Shown piece by piece: positions 16,428 through 25,396 of a stretch of 25,594 nt of DNA. A program made the translations under genes and the position numbers. Position 1 is the first letter of the stretch. Each line of letters starts with the position of its first letter. Under the pieces are notes generated by a model. The model did not search any database, was not told where the DNA came from, and worked only from the letters and a program-made list of their open reading frames with translations. Source of the stretch: a virus (lineage: Duplodnaviria > Caudoviricetes); IMG/VR virus record IMGVR_UViG_3300044724_002059, positions 1-25,594 of that record; one strand, 5' to 3'.

Positions 16428-19400
16428 ATGGCACGATTTGGAAAATTTAAAGCAGAAGATATAGCAAAAGAAATAAAAAAATTTCTTACAAAAGATATTC
16501 CAGAGCTACAAACTGGTACTGAAAAAACTGTAAAGACACAAGCAAAGGCCCAGGAGATTACAGGAGAAGGTGCAGGTAAAGCTCCTATTGAATTGATTGA
16601 TGATAAATTTATAAAAAATTTAGAAAAAGCTGTATCTGAAAATAGATTACCACCAGAGTTATTTCCTAAAGACTTTGATAGTTACAAAAATTCACTTTGG
16701 TACAAAGTAAAAGATGAAAACGATATTGATGCTTTGATTGAAGTATTAGGAAAAAAATATCAAAAAAATAAGAACAAATATCGTAGAGGAGAAGGTGGAG
16801 TATTAAAAGATGCTGTAGTCAAAGATTTGGCAGATGAGCTTAATATGAGCATTGAAACAATACAAAATAGAAAAATAGGAGATATTTACAACGTTGAAGA
16901 AATGTTGGGTGCAATAAACCTATTAAAAGATTTTAAAGTACATTTAAAGATAGCATTAAAAAAAGCTGTATCAGAAAATGCAGGAACAAAAGAAAAAGCT
17001 TTTGCTATGCAAATGACACAAACTTATACTTCTGTACTTAACCAGGTTATGGGAGCTAGAGCAGAGCTTGGTAGATCTTTTAGAATTTTAAGAGAAATGA
17101 AAAAAGCTTCAGAAACTTCTGTAAGTGAAGAACAAGCATTAACTGCTATTATGGAAAATACTGGTGGTAAAGAATTTAATGAACAAAAATTAGAAGCTAT
17201 TTATGGAATAATAAATTCTAATGAAGGATCTGCTGCAAGAGCTATTAAACAAATCAACCTTGCAACAACTAGAGAAATGTTGTTCCAGGTTTATTACAAC
17301 AATCTTTTATCTGGAGTAGATACACACATGGTTAATATGGGTGCAGGTGTATTATTACAACACTTCCACCACCTGGCTAGATTTGCAGGTGGAACAAAAG
17401 GATCTATTCATAAAATGATTGACAAGCAGCACAAAGGATTAACCTTTAAATCTGCTTTAGCAGGATACTATGGATATATGCAATCAATGATGGATGGGTT
17501 AAGAGTGTTTTCATCATCACTTTTAACTGGTCAATCAATAGATACATTTTCTAAAGTACCAATAGATGACAGTATTAGTGGTGGAAAAATAAATGTTAGA
17601 AATCTTACTTATAATACTGCAGGAAAAGTAAATAAAAGATTAAGAGAAAATATAGAACAAGATCCAAACTTTTTAGCTGACAATGCTTTTTTTAAAGGTG
17701 CAGATGCAGTGCTAGATGTATCAACTAGATATGCTCCAAGATTTATGAAAGCAGCAGATGATATGTTAAAATTTATGTTTTACAGATCAGAGCTGCATAC
17801 ATACGCATACGTAAAAGCATTGGATGAAGTAGAAACTGGAGTGTTAGCTGATAAAGATTTTTCAAAAAGAATAAAAGAAATAATTAATGATCCAATAAAA
17901 CAAGCTCCAGATGTTAGATTAAAATCTATTGAAGCTGCAAGAGATACAGTATTACAAAGAAAACTAGATAAGTTTGGTGCAGCAATCCATGCAGTTTTAA
18001 AAGAACAAACAAACTTACCTGGATCAGCAGCTCTTGGTACACTTGCTAAAATGGTTACTCCATTCTTTGGAACATTGTATAACCTAACTAAAGTTGGTGT
18101 TGAGCTTACTCCTGGTATCAATATTGCTATGGCTAAAAAATTAAAAGGTAGCAAATTATATGAAATGTTACATTCTACAGATCCAGTACAAAGAGATATG
18201 GCTGTTGGTCATTTAATAACTTCTCATGGTATGGTTTTTATGAGTACCTTAATGGCAGCTCAAGGTTATACAAAAGGTGGAGATCCAATATATGGATCAC
18301 AAAGAGATAATGATACTTTAAGATTTATGAAAACTGGGCCAGATGAATTTTCTATTTTAATACCTTGGTCAAGATTAGATCCAGATGGAGAATACAAAGG
18401 TGTATTACATGATGGTAAAGATAGATCTTACCAAATCAATAGACTTGATCCTGCAGGTCAATGGCTAACTATGGGTTATAACTTGGCAGCTTTAGGAGAA
18501 GTTAAATCAGAACAAGAGATTGCAGAAGCTATTTTAAAAGCAACTTTATCTGTTGGAGAAAAAACTTTATCATCTCCTTTTGCAGGTAATATTGCTGACT
18601 TTATAGAAATATTCTCAAGTGATTTTTCTTCTGGAAATCCACAAGTATTTACAAGAAAACTTATAAAATGGGGTGCTAGAAATGTTGCAAACTTTGTACC
18701 TGGATCATCAAGAATGAGAATGAATATAGAAAAATTTGGCGATATAGATGAAGAAGGAAACTTGATTGCAAGAACAGGAGATTTGCCAGATATATTTACT
18801 ATTGAAGATCCTAATGATGGAAAGATCAAAACGTTTGTAGATAATGGAGATGGCACTTATGAAATGATTGAAAAAAAAACTGGTCTTGCTGATGACATAG
18901 TAAATAATTTTAATACTGAATTAAGTAATGAAGTTATCAAAAGAACAGATAGAAAAGAATTAGAGCAAGCTGTTGATTGGTGGGGTAGATTAGGCACAGA
19001 AGATCCAAGAGTTGGGCCAAATGGCATTTTATATTCTCCAGTAAAATATAGAGATATGCCATGGCAACAAGAAGATCTAATAAATACAGGTTTATTTACA
19101 GAAGAAGATTTAAAGAAAACAATACCTTTGCTTCACAGAAATGAAAAATTTGATGAAATAGCAAACTTTAGAACAGAGGATGGAAAATCATTATTTGAAA
19201 ATACTTTAAATGTTGTAGGTATTGCAGGAGAGTTTGAAAGATTAAGTTTTGGCCCAAACAATCATCCTGCATATTTATCAATTAGAGGACAAAGAATTCC
19301 ATTAAGTAGAGAACAACACAACGATTATAAAAAATTAATTAATGGAGATTTTACTGGACTTCCAGAAGATGTAATAAATGAAGCAGCTAATTATGTTTCT

Positions 19401-19745
19401 CCAGAATACTATGAACAAGTTATGATGCCTGGAGTAACATTAAAAGACAATCTTAAAAAACTTATGATTTCAGATGCGTATTATGTTTATGGATCAGATG
19501 ATGATATGGCTACCACTTCAAGAGAAAAAATGATTTCAAATGTTATTAATTTTCATAGACATGGAAAACCAGAACAATTTAAAAACAGTTTTGAAACTAG
19601 CGAAAATTTAAGAATTGGTTTAGATGGCCCAGATAAATTGTTACTTTTAAAATATCCAGATCTAAAGTATAAAGCACTTGAGCTGACTAAAAATATAAAT
19701 GACAGAAATGTCAAACCATTAAGAGAGGTTATAGGAGCAGAATAA
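16428..19745 (+). CDS. Large internal virion/ejection protein (T7 gp16 position)
   Basis: 1105-aa helical protein with NLLSGVDTHMVN, RFMKAADDMLK, PFFGTLYN and YQINRLDP motifs resembling large internal proteins of marine podoviruses; last gene before the tail fibre. Confidence 0.75.
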   Translation: MARFGKFKAEDIAKEIKKFLTKDIPELQTGTEKTVKTQAKAQEITGEGAGKAPIELIDDKFIKNLEKAVSENRLPPELFPKDFDSYKNSLWYKVKDENDIDALIEVLGKKYQKNKNKYRRGEGGVLKDAVVKDLADELNMSIETIQNRKIGDIYNVEEMLGAINLLKDFKVHLKIALKKAVSENAGTKEKAFAMQMTQTYTSVLNQVMGARAELGRSFRILREMKKASETSVSEEQALTAIMENTGGKEFNEQKLEAIYGIINSNEGSAARAIKQINLATTREMLFQVYYNNLLSGVDTHMVNMGAGVLLQHFHHLARFAGGTKGSIHKMIDKQHKGLTFKSALAGYYGYMQSMMDGLRVFSSSLLTGQSIDTFSKVPIDDSISGGKINVRNLTYNTAGKVNKRLRENIEQDPNFLADNAFFKGADAVLDVSTRYAPRFMKAADDMLKFMFYRSELHTYAYVKALDEVETGVLADKDFSKRIKEIINDPIKQAPDVRLKSIEAARDTVLQRKLDKFGAAIHAVLKEQTNLPGSAALGTLAKMVTPFFGTLYNLTKVGVELTPGINIAMAKKLKGSKLYEMLHSTDPVQRDMAVGHLITSHGMVFMSTLMAAQGYTKGGDPIYGSQRDNDTLRFMKTGPDEFSILIPWSRLDPDGEYKGVLHDGKDRSYQINRLDPAGQWLTMGYNLAALGEVKSEQEIAEAILKATLSVGEKTLSSPFAGNIADFIEIFSSDFSSGNPQVFTRKLIKWGARNVANFVPGSSRMRMNIEKFGDIDEEGNLIARTGDLPDIFTIEDPNDGKIKTFVDNGDGTYEMIEKKTGLADDIVNNFNTELSNEVIKRTDRKELEQAVDWWGRLGTEDPRVGPNGILYSPVKYRDMPWQQEDLINTGLFTEEDLKKTIPLLHRNEKFDEIANFRTEDGKSLFENTLNVVGIAGEFERLSFGPNNHPAYLSIRGQRIPLSREQHNDYKKLINGDFTGLPEDVINEAANYVSPEYYEQVMMPGVTLKDNLKKLMISDAYYVYGSDDDMATTSREKMISNVINFHRHGKPEQFKNSFETSENLRIGLDGPDKLLLLKYPDLKYKALELTKNINDRNVKPLREVIGAE

Positions 19746-19746
19746 T

Positions 19747-21582
19747 ATGGCAGTAAATCCAGTATTAACAGGAGAAAGAAGAAATCAATATACTTCTTCT
19801 GGATCTTTAGGGCCTTATAATTTTACATTTGTAATTTATGCAGATGCTGATTTATCAGTATATGTTAATGATACTTTAAAAACTTTATCAACTCATTATA
19901 CAGTTTCAACAAATGCTAATGGTACTGGATCTATTACATTTACTGCAGGTAATGCACCTGCCTCTGCAACTTTAGTTACTATCATTGGTAACAAAGATAT
20001 ATCAAGATCAACAAGATTTAGCTCTGGTGGCCCTTTAACAGCAGATGCCCTGGAAACAGAATTTAATGCACAAACAGCTCTATTACAACAATTAGATGAA
20101 AAGATCTCAAGAGCTGTAACACTACCTATTGAAACAGATGCTACAAGACCAATAGAATTTCCTTATGATAACACTGAAGCTAACAATGCTGATAGAGTTG
20201 TTAAATTTAATGCTGCAGGTTCAGCTTTAGAAATTGGGCCAACTGTTGCAGGATTAGAAACTTTAGCTGCCATAGCCAGTGATATATCAACTGTCGCAGG
20301 TATCAGTGCAGATATAACAAGTGTGGCTGCAGATGCTACCGATATAGGGGTTGTTTCAACAAATATAGCTTCAGTTAATACAGTAGCTGCCAATATTAAT
20401 GATGTCATAAAAGTCGCAGATGATTTAAACGAGGCAATTTCTGAAGTTGAAACTGTAGCAAATGATTTGAATGAGGCTACTTCTGAAATAGAAGTTGTGG
20501 CAAATAATATTGCAGATGTAAATACAGTAGGTAATTCAACTAATATTGCAAACGTTGGAACAGTTGCAGGAGAAATTTCTCCAACAAATAATATTTCAAC
20601 TTTAGCTGCTATCTCTGCAGATATTGCAACACTTGCAGGAACAACAGGATTAACTACTCTAGCAAATAACGCAGCCGATATTTCTGTTGTGGCAGGTATT
20701 GTTGGGGATGTTACTGCTGTGGCAAATATTGATGCTGCAGTAACTGCAGTAAATAATAATTCTGCAAATATTAATGCAGTAAATTCAAATTCTACAAATA
20801 TCAATACTGTTGCTACAGATCTTTCTGGATCTAACAATATTGGAACAGTAGCTACTGATTTATCTGGATCAGATACTATCGGAACAGTTGCTACCAACTT
20901 GGCCCAAGTACAAAACTTTGCAAATGTTTATAGAATTTCTGCTACAGCTCCAACTACAAGTTTGGATATTGGGGATCTCTGGTATGACACAGCAAATTCT
21001 GTCATGAAAGTGTACTCATCTGGAGGGTGGATTACTGCAGCTTCTGCTGTTAATGGTACTGCTGCTAGATTTAAGTACACAGCTACAGCATCACAAACTA
21101 CATTTAGTGGCCTGGATGATAATTCAAATAACTTGGCTTATGATGCAGGGTTTGCTGATATTTATCTTAATGGAATAAAACTTGTTTCTGGAACAGATTA
21201 CACAGCAACAAATGGAACAAGTGTTATACTAACAACTGGAGCTGCTCTTAATGATATTTTAGAAATCATAGCCTATGGTACATTTGAGCTTGCTAATTTC
21301 TCAATAAATGATGCAAATGATGTTTCAACTTCTGGTGTAACAGATGGCCAGGTTTTAGTTTATAATGCTTCTGCAAGTGCTTTCCAACCAGGAAACGCAA
21401 GCTCTGCTGAAGTTTATGGGTTTAATAAAGATAGTTCTGGTAATTTAATTGTTACTACAACCAATGAAGGAGCAGATAATATTGATGCTGCAACATACGC
21501 AGCCTTTGATGATGTACTATTTTCTGCCTCTGGATTTACTTTTAGTATTGATAGTAATGGTAATTTAATAGCAACTATTTAA
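19747..21582 (+). CDS. Main tail fibre protein
   Basis: T7 gp17-like N-terminal anchor (YNFTFVIYADADLSVYVN...HYTV), Ala/Val/Ile/Asn repeat shaft, GDLWYDT motif, and C-terminal beta domains (ATASQTTFSG...IYLNGIKL..GTDYTATNGTSV). Confidence 0.85.
   Translation: MAVNPVLTGERRNQYTSSGSLGPYNFTFVIYADADLSVYVNDTLKTLSTHYTVSTNANGTGSITFTAGNAPASATLVTIIGNKDISRSTRFSSGGPLTADALETEFNAQTALLQQLDEKISRAVTLPIETDATRPIEFPYDNTEANNADRVVKFNAAGSALEIGPTVAGLETLAAIASDISTVAGISADITSVAADATDIGVVSTNIASVNTVAANINDVIKVADDLNEAISEVETVANDLNEATSEIEVVANNIADVNTVGNSTNIANVGTVAGEISPTNNISTLAAISADIATLAGTTGLTTLANNAADISVVAGIVGDVTAVANIDAAVTAVNNNSANINAVNSNSTNINTVATDLSGSNNIGTVATDLSGSDTIGTVATNLAQVQNFANVYRISATAPTTSLDIGDLWYDTANSVMKVYSSGGWITAASAVNGTAARFKYTATASQTTFSGLDDNSNNLAYDAGFADIYLNGIKLVSGTDYTATNGTSVILTTGAALNDILEIIAYGTFELANFSINDANDVSTSGVTDGQVLVYNASASAFQPGNASSAEVYGFNKDSSGNLIVTTTNEGADNIDAATYAAFDDVLFSASGFTFSIDSNGNLIATI
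20806..20895 (+). repeat. Imperfect 39-bp (13-aa) tandem repeat in the tail fibre shaft
   Basis: TVATDLSGSNNIG / TVATDLSGSDTIG / TVAT, with synonymous differences between units. Confidence 0.8.
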
Positions 21583-21620
21583 TTGAAATGGAATTAAAAT
21601 TAATTTAAAAGGAGAACAAT

Positions 21621-22388
21621 ATGGCAACTGTAAATTTAGGATCTATAAAATTTAATTGGCAAGGTGCATACAATGGTGCAACTGCCTATGCAGTAGATGA
21701 CGTTGTTTCATCTAGTGGATCAAGCTATGTTTGTATAGCAGCAACAACTGGTAACGCACCACCAAATGCTACTTACTGGGAATTGATGTCACAAGCAGGT
21801 ACTGATGGAACAGATTTAACAACAACATTAACTACACAAGGCGATTTAGTTTATTACAATGGTTCTGCTCTTGCTAGACTTGGTGCAGGAACAAGTGGTC
21901 AAGTTTTACAAACTGGTGGTACTGGTGCTAATCCATCTTGGACAACTATTTCAAGTGCAGGAATACAACAATATATAAAAGGTACAGTTAAAACAGATAC
22001 TTATAATAGCACATCAACAAGTTTTGTAAGTATGGGTGTTGGTGCAACTATAACACCATCATCTACATCATCAAAAATTTTAATATTAGTAACTTTTGGT
22101 TTTGAAGTAACAAGTGGTGGAGATGGTAGTTTTAATATTTATAGAGGTGGAAGTTTGAGTACAGGTGGAACAGGTGGAACAAGTTTATCTACTGGTAGCA
22201 GATTTTTAAGAGAACAAGGAGATAGTCGTAGAGTAAATGGAAGTTTTCATTTTCTTGATGCACCTAATACCACAAGTGCAACTACTTATGCTTTATATGG
22301 TGTTACAACTGATAGTGCTTATCAATTATCTTTTAACAATTCTAATAGAGATTGTTTTATGGATGCAATAGAAATTAGTGGAGTATAA
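21621..22388 (+). CDS. Accessory tail fibre / receptor-binding protein
   Basis: AAGGAG SD. N-terminal WQGAYNGATAYAVDDVV...SSYVC...YW module, TTQGDLVY...RLGAGTSGQVL...PSW fibre motif, and a beta-sandwich-like tip (ITPSSTSSKILI...DAPNTTSATTY). Confidence 0.8.
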   Translation: MATVNLGSIKFNWQGAYNGATAYAVDDVVSSSGSSYVCIAATTGNAPPNATYWELMSQAGTDGTDLTTTLTTQGDLVYYNGSALARLGAGTSGQVLQTGGTGANPSWTTISSAGIQQYIKGTVKTDTYNSTSTSFVSMGVGATITPSSTSSKILILVTFGFEVTSGGDGSFNIYRGGSLSTGGTGGTSLSTGSRFLREQGDSRRVNGSFHFLDAPNTTSATTYALYGVTTDSAYQLSFNNSNRDCFMDAIEISGV

Positions 22389-22390
22389 TT

Positions 22391-22672
22391 ATGACAAGTA
22401 AAATAATAGATGCAATAAAATCAATTAATCCTAATGCAGAAGTTGGAGTTACAAACGAAGATATTAATTCTATCCAATGGTTTAATGGTACAGCAGAAAT
22501 TTCTGTAGCTGATATTCAAGCTAAAATGACAGAATTAGAAACTGCTAAAGCTAATGAAGAAACAGCTAAAGAAAATGCTAAAGTTTCTGGCAATCAAAAA
22601 CTATTAGACTTAGGACTTTCACAAGCTGAAGCAACAGCACTTACAGGTTATACACCACCAAGCGAGGTATAA
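22391..22672 (+). CDS. Putative tail fibre chaperone/partner protein
   Basis: AIKSINPNAE...IQW...IQAKMTEL and KLLDLGLSQAEA motifs are typical of small genes following fibres; GGAG SD. Confidence 0.65.
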   Translation: MTSKIIDAIKSINPNAEVGVTNEDINSIQWFNGTAEISVADIQAKMTELETAKANEETAKENAKVSGNQKLLDLGLSQAEATALTGYTPPSEV

Positions 22673-22676
22673 TTAA

Positions 22677-24119
22677 ATGAGTAAAGCAAGGAATATTTCC
22701 GATTTGCTTGATGCAAATGGAGATGTAAAAGCTGATAATTTGGATAATGTTCCACCTAGTGATAATGCTAGTTCATTAACTACTGGTACATTACCTGTAG
22801 CTAGACTAGCTGATGGTTCTATTACAAATGCTAAACTTGGTAATGATGCTAAAGTTGTAAAATCAGCTTCAGCACCATCTAGTCCAAGTGAAGGAGATTT
22901 GTGGTATGATACTGGAAATGAAGTATTAAAAATATACCAAACAAGTGCATCTAATTTTGTTAAAGTTTCAGCAGAAATAGCTGTATTAACTTCTGTAAGT
23001 GGTACTCTTTATATTAATCAAAGTTCAGATTTAACATTAAGTGGTTCTGGTTTTTTAAGTGCAAATTTAGTAGTTAATTTTTTACAAGCTAGTGATGCTA
23101 TTGATGTTGATGTAACAGTTACACCGACAAATGATACTTCAGCTACAGTAACAGTACCTAGTTCAGTTTATAATAATGTTACAACTGGAAATGTTGTGAC
23201 AATTAAAGTTACTAATTCAGATTTAAAAACTTCTGGTAACCAAACAATTACTGCTGAAACACCACCAATAAATGTTTCATATTTAATTATTGGTGGAGGC
23301 GGTGGCTCTGCTTGGGGTGGCGGAGGAGCAGGAGGTTATAGAAACTCTTATGCTTCAGAAACTTCAGGCAGAAATTCAAGTACAGAAACACCTTTAATTT
23401 TAACTTCAGGAACGACATACACTATTACTGTTGGTGGAGGTGGTACAGCAGGTGCAAGTATTCCTACAAATGGAGGTTCAGGACAAGATAGTTTAATTTC
23501 AGGAAGTGGAATTTCTACAATCACAGCTTTAGGTGGCGGTGGTGGTGGTAGAGATGGTCAAGTCGGACTTAATGGTGGCTCTGGTGGCGGTGCGTCTAAT
23601 GGCGGTTCTACAGGAGGTTCTGGTACTGCTAATCAAGGTTTTGATGGTGGAGAAACTCCAGGAAGTACATCAGGAGGAAGTGGTGGTGGAGGTGCTAGTG
23701 CCAATGGTTCGCCTTCTGGCATAGGTACAGTTTCTAATGGTGGAAATGGAGGAAATGGTTTAGCTTCATTAATCACAGGTTCGTCTGTAACAAGAGCAGG
23801 TGGTGGTGGAGGTGGAGGTCGTCACGATAGTGGCGGTACTACTTCTGGCGGTACTGGCGGTTCTGGTGGTGGCGGTTCTGGTGGTGCTTCAACAAGTTCA
23901 GGTTCAGCAGGAAGTGCAAATACTGGCGGTGGAGCAGGTGGCGGAGGTTATAATGGAAGTAGTAAATCTGGAGCAACAGGAGGTTCTGGAGTTGTAATAC
24001 TTCGTATGGCAGACACAAATTATTCAGGCACAACTACTGGAAGTCCAACAGTTACTACTGGTGTTGGTGGAACAGATACAGTTTTAATATTTACAGGAAG
24101 TGGAAGCTACACAGCATAG
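22677..24119 (+). CDS. Accessory fibre with a C-terminal glycine-rich domain
   Basis: MSKARNISDLL N-terminus, GDLWYDT motif, Ig-like middle, then a Gly-rich domain (VSYLIIGGGGG...GGGGAGGY...ANTGGGAGGG...GGSGVVILR). Confidence 0.8.
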   Translation: MSKARNISDLLDANGDVKADNLDNVPPSDNASSLTTGTLPVARLADGSITNAKLGNDAKVVKSASAPSSPSEGDLWYDTGNEVLKIYQTSASNFVKVSAEIAVLTSVSGTLYINQSSDLTLSGSGFLSANLVVNFLQASDAIDVDVTVTPTNDTSATVTVPSSVYNNVTTGNVVTIKVTNSDLKTSGNQTITAETPPINVSYLIIGGGGGSAWGGGGAGGYRNSYASETSGRNSSTETPLILTSGTTYTITVGGGGTAGASIPTNGGSGQDSLISGSGISTITALGGGGGGRDGQVGLNGGSGGGASNGGSTGGSGTANQGFDGGETPGSTSGGSGGGGASANGSPSGIGTVSNGGNGGNGLASLITGSSVTRAGGGGGGGRHDSGGTTSGGTGGSGGGGSGGASTSSGSAGSANTGGGAGGGGYNGSSKSGATGGSGVVILRMADTNYSGTTTGSPTVTTGVGGTDTVLIFTGSGSYTA

Positions 24120-24128
24120 GAGATTTAT

Positions 24129-24476
24129 ATGGCACATTTTGCAAAATTAGGAATAGGAAATATAGTTGAAAGAGTTGAAGTAGTATCTAACGATATTGCT
24201 ACAACAGAACAAGTAGGTGAAGATTTTTTAAATAATCTTTATGGAACAAGAGATGTTTGGAAACAGACTTCTTATAATTCAAATTTTAGGAAAAATTACG
24301 CAGGTACAGGTTATAAATATGATGATGTTAGAGATGCTTTTATTCCACCGAAACCTTTTAATAGTTGGACATTAAACGAAACTACTTGTCTTTGGGAAGC
24401 ACCAGTTGCTTATCCTACAGATGGTCAAGTTTATACTTGGAATGAAACAAATCAAACTTGGGATTTAGTTGAATAA
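24129..24476 (+). CDS. Conserved partner of the glycine-rich fibre
   Basis: MAHFAKL...WKQTSYN..FRKNYAG.GYKYD..RDAFIPPKPFNSWTLNE.TCLWEAPV; AGGAG SD. Confidence 0.8.
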   Translation: MAHFAKLGIGNIVERVEVVSNDIATTEQVGEDFLNNLYGTRDVWKQTSYNSNFRKNYAGTGYKYDDVRDAFIPPKPFNSWTLNETTCLWEAPVAYPTDGQVYTWNETNQTWDLVE

Positions 24477-24477
24477 T

Positions 24478-24630
24478 ATGTGGGATAACTTTATGAAGGA
24501 TTGGAATGAGGACATCTTTAAGATTAAAGAAATTCAAAAGAAAAATTTATCAATACTTGATAAGGTATCTAAAATTTATAGGGATGCTTGGAACAAAGTA
24601 GTTGGAAATTTTAAATGGGATGACCAATGA
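24478..24630 (+). CDS. Hypothetical protein, 50 aa (not in the ORF track)
   Basis: MWDNFMKDWNEDIFKIKEIQKKNLSILDKVSKIYRDAWNKVVGNFKWDDQ*; TAATATG junction upstream and ATGA overlap downstream. Confidence 0.6.
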   Translation: MWDNFMKDWNEDIFKIKEIQKKNLSILDKVSKIYRDAWNKVVGNFKWDDQ

Positions 24631-24845
24631 AAATTATTAAGAAAAGAAAAACAGCAGCTCAAGCAGTAACCCTTGCAAAAATTAATACAAAGCTAGACCA
24701 TATTCATAGAGATCTTGAACAGAACACAAAGGATATAGCAGCTCTAAAAGAGCAAATGGCTATGGGTAAGGGTGGGTTGAAAGTAATAGCATATATGGGT
24801 GGTATCCTTGCAGGTATAATCGCCTTAATAAAATTTGTAAAATAG
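24627..24845 (+). CDS. Coiled-coil plus C-terminal TM protein (XhlA/holin-accessory-like)
   Basis: Heptad-like segment followed by GKGG and the hydrophobic VIAYMGGILAGIIALI; lies after the tail genes. Confidence 0.6.
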   Translation: MKIIKKRKTAAQAVTLAKINTKLDHIHRDLEQNTKDIAALKEQMAMGKGGLKVIAYMGGILAGIIALIKFVK

Positions 24846-24860
24846 TGTATATCTCTCCTC

Positions 24861-25022
24861 ATGAGAGATACAAAAACTTTAGAAAATTTTAAAAAGAAAG
24901 TTGAAAAAAAACTTAAAGAAATGAAGGTCTTTAGGTATGCAAAGAAAGAAGTAGAAACTGGAGCTAATGGTACACAAAGGTACGTTATTAAAAAAGGTGT
25001 TAATAAAGGTAAAGTTGTTTAA
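24861..25022 (+). CDS. Hypothetical basic protein, 53 aa (not in the ORF track)
   Basis: MRDTKTLENFKKKVEKKLKEMKVFRYAKKEVETGANGTQRYVIKKGVNKGKVV*; TAATG coupling to the next gene. Confidence 0.7.
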   Translation: MRDTKTLENFKKKVEKKLKEMKVFRYAKKEVETGANGTQRYVIKKGVNKGKVV

Positions 25023-25396
25023 TGAAAATATCAGAAAATACTTCAGTTGCCTTACCAATAAGAAATTTAATTGCGATTGTCGGAGCAGTGGGCATAGGTG
25101 TATGGGCCTATTTTGGCATTATTGAAAGACTTAACCAATTAGAAACAGCAGATAAATTACAGCAGCAAGATCTCCTAGAGGCCTCTGCACAAAAACCTAT
25201 AGACCAGGAACAGTTCATGCTCCTGGAACATATCGCACAGCAGGTGGAGAAGTTAGAAAAAACTCAAGAACAAAATATGACTAATAAAGTTAATATTGAA
25301 AGAGTACAAAAAGATATTGAAAAGATATTAGTTGATGTAGAAAAATTAAAGGACAGTGTTAGGGCTAACCTTGGAAAGCTTAATGGAGATCATTAA
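25022..25396 (+). CDS. N-terminal TM plus coiled-coil protein, possibly lysis-related
   Basis: LIAIVGAVGIGVWAYFGII transmembrane helix followed by a long coiled coil. Confidence 0.7.
   Translation: MKISENTSVALPIRNLIAIVGAVGIGVWAYFGIIERLNQLETADKLQQQDLLEASAQKPIDQEQFMLLEHIAQQVEKLEKTQEQNMTNKVNIERVQKDIEKILVDVEKLKDSVRANLGKLNGDH

Noticed and set aside
6324-20897. Long minus-strand ORFs 6324-6719, 8688-9092, 17780-18154, 18476-18856 and 20163-20897
   Set aside because: They lie opposite well-supported structural genes and have the S/P/L/A-rich composition of antisense shadows. The + strand carries the recognisable motifs.
23290-24000. GGT/GGC/GGA-rich repeats and the alternative-frame ORFs 23533-23724, 23800-23997 and 23839-24033
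   Set aside because: These are by-products of glycine-rich coding sequence, not an array or separate genes.
21621-24476. Possible diversity-generating retroelement, given the BPP-1-like head genes
   Set aside because: No reverse transcriptase and no template/variable repeat pair differing at adenines was seen in the window.
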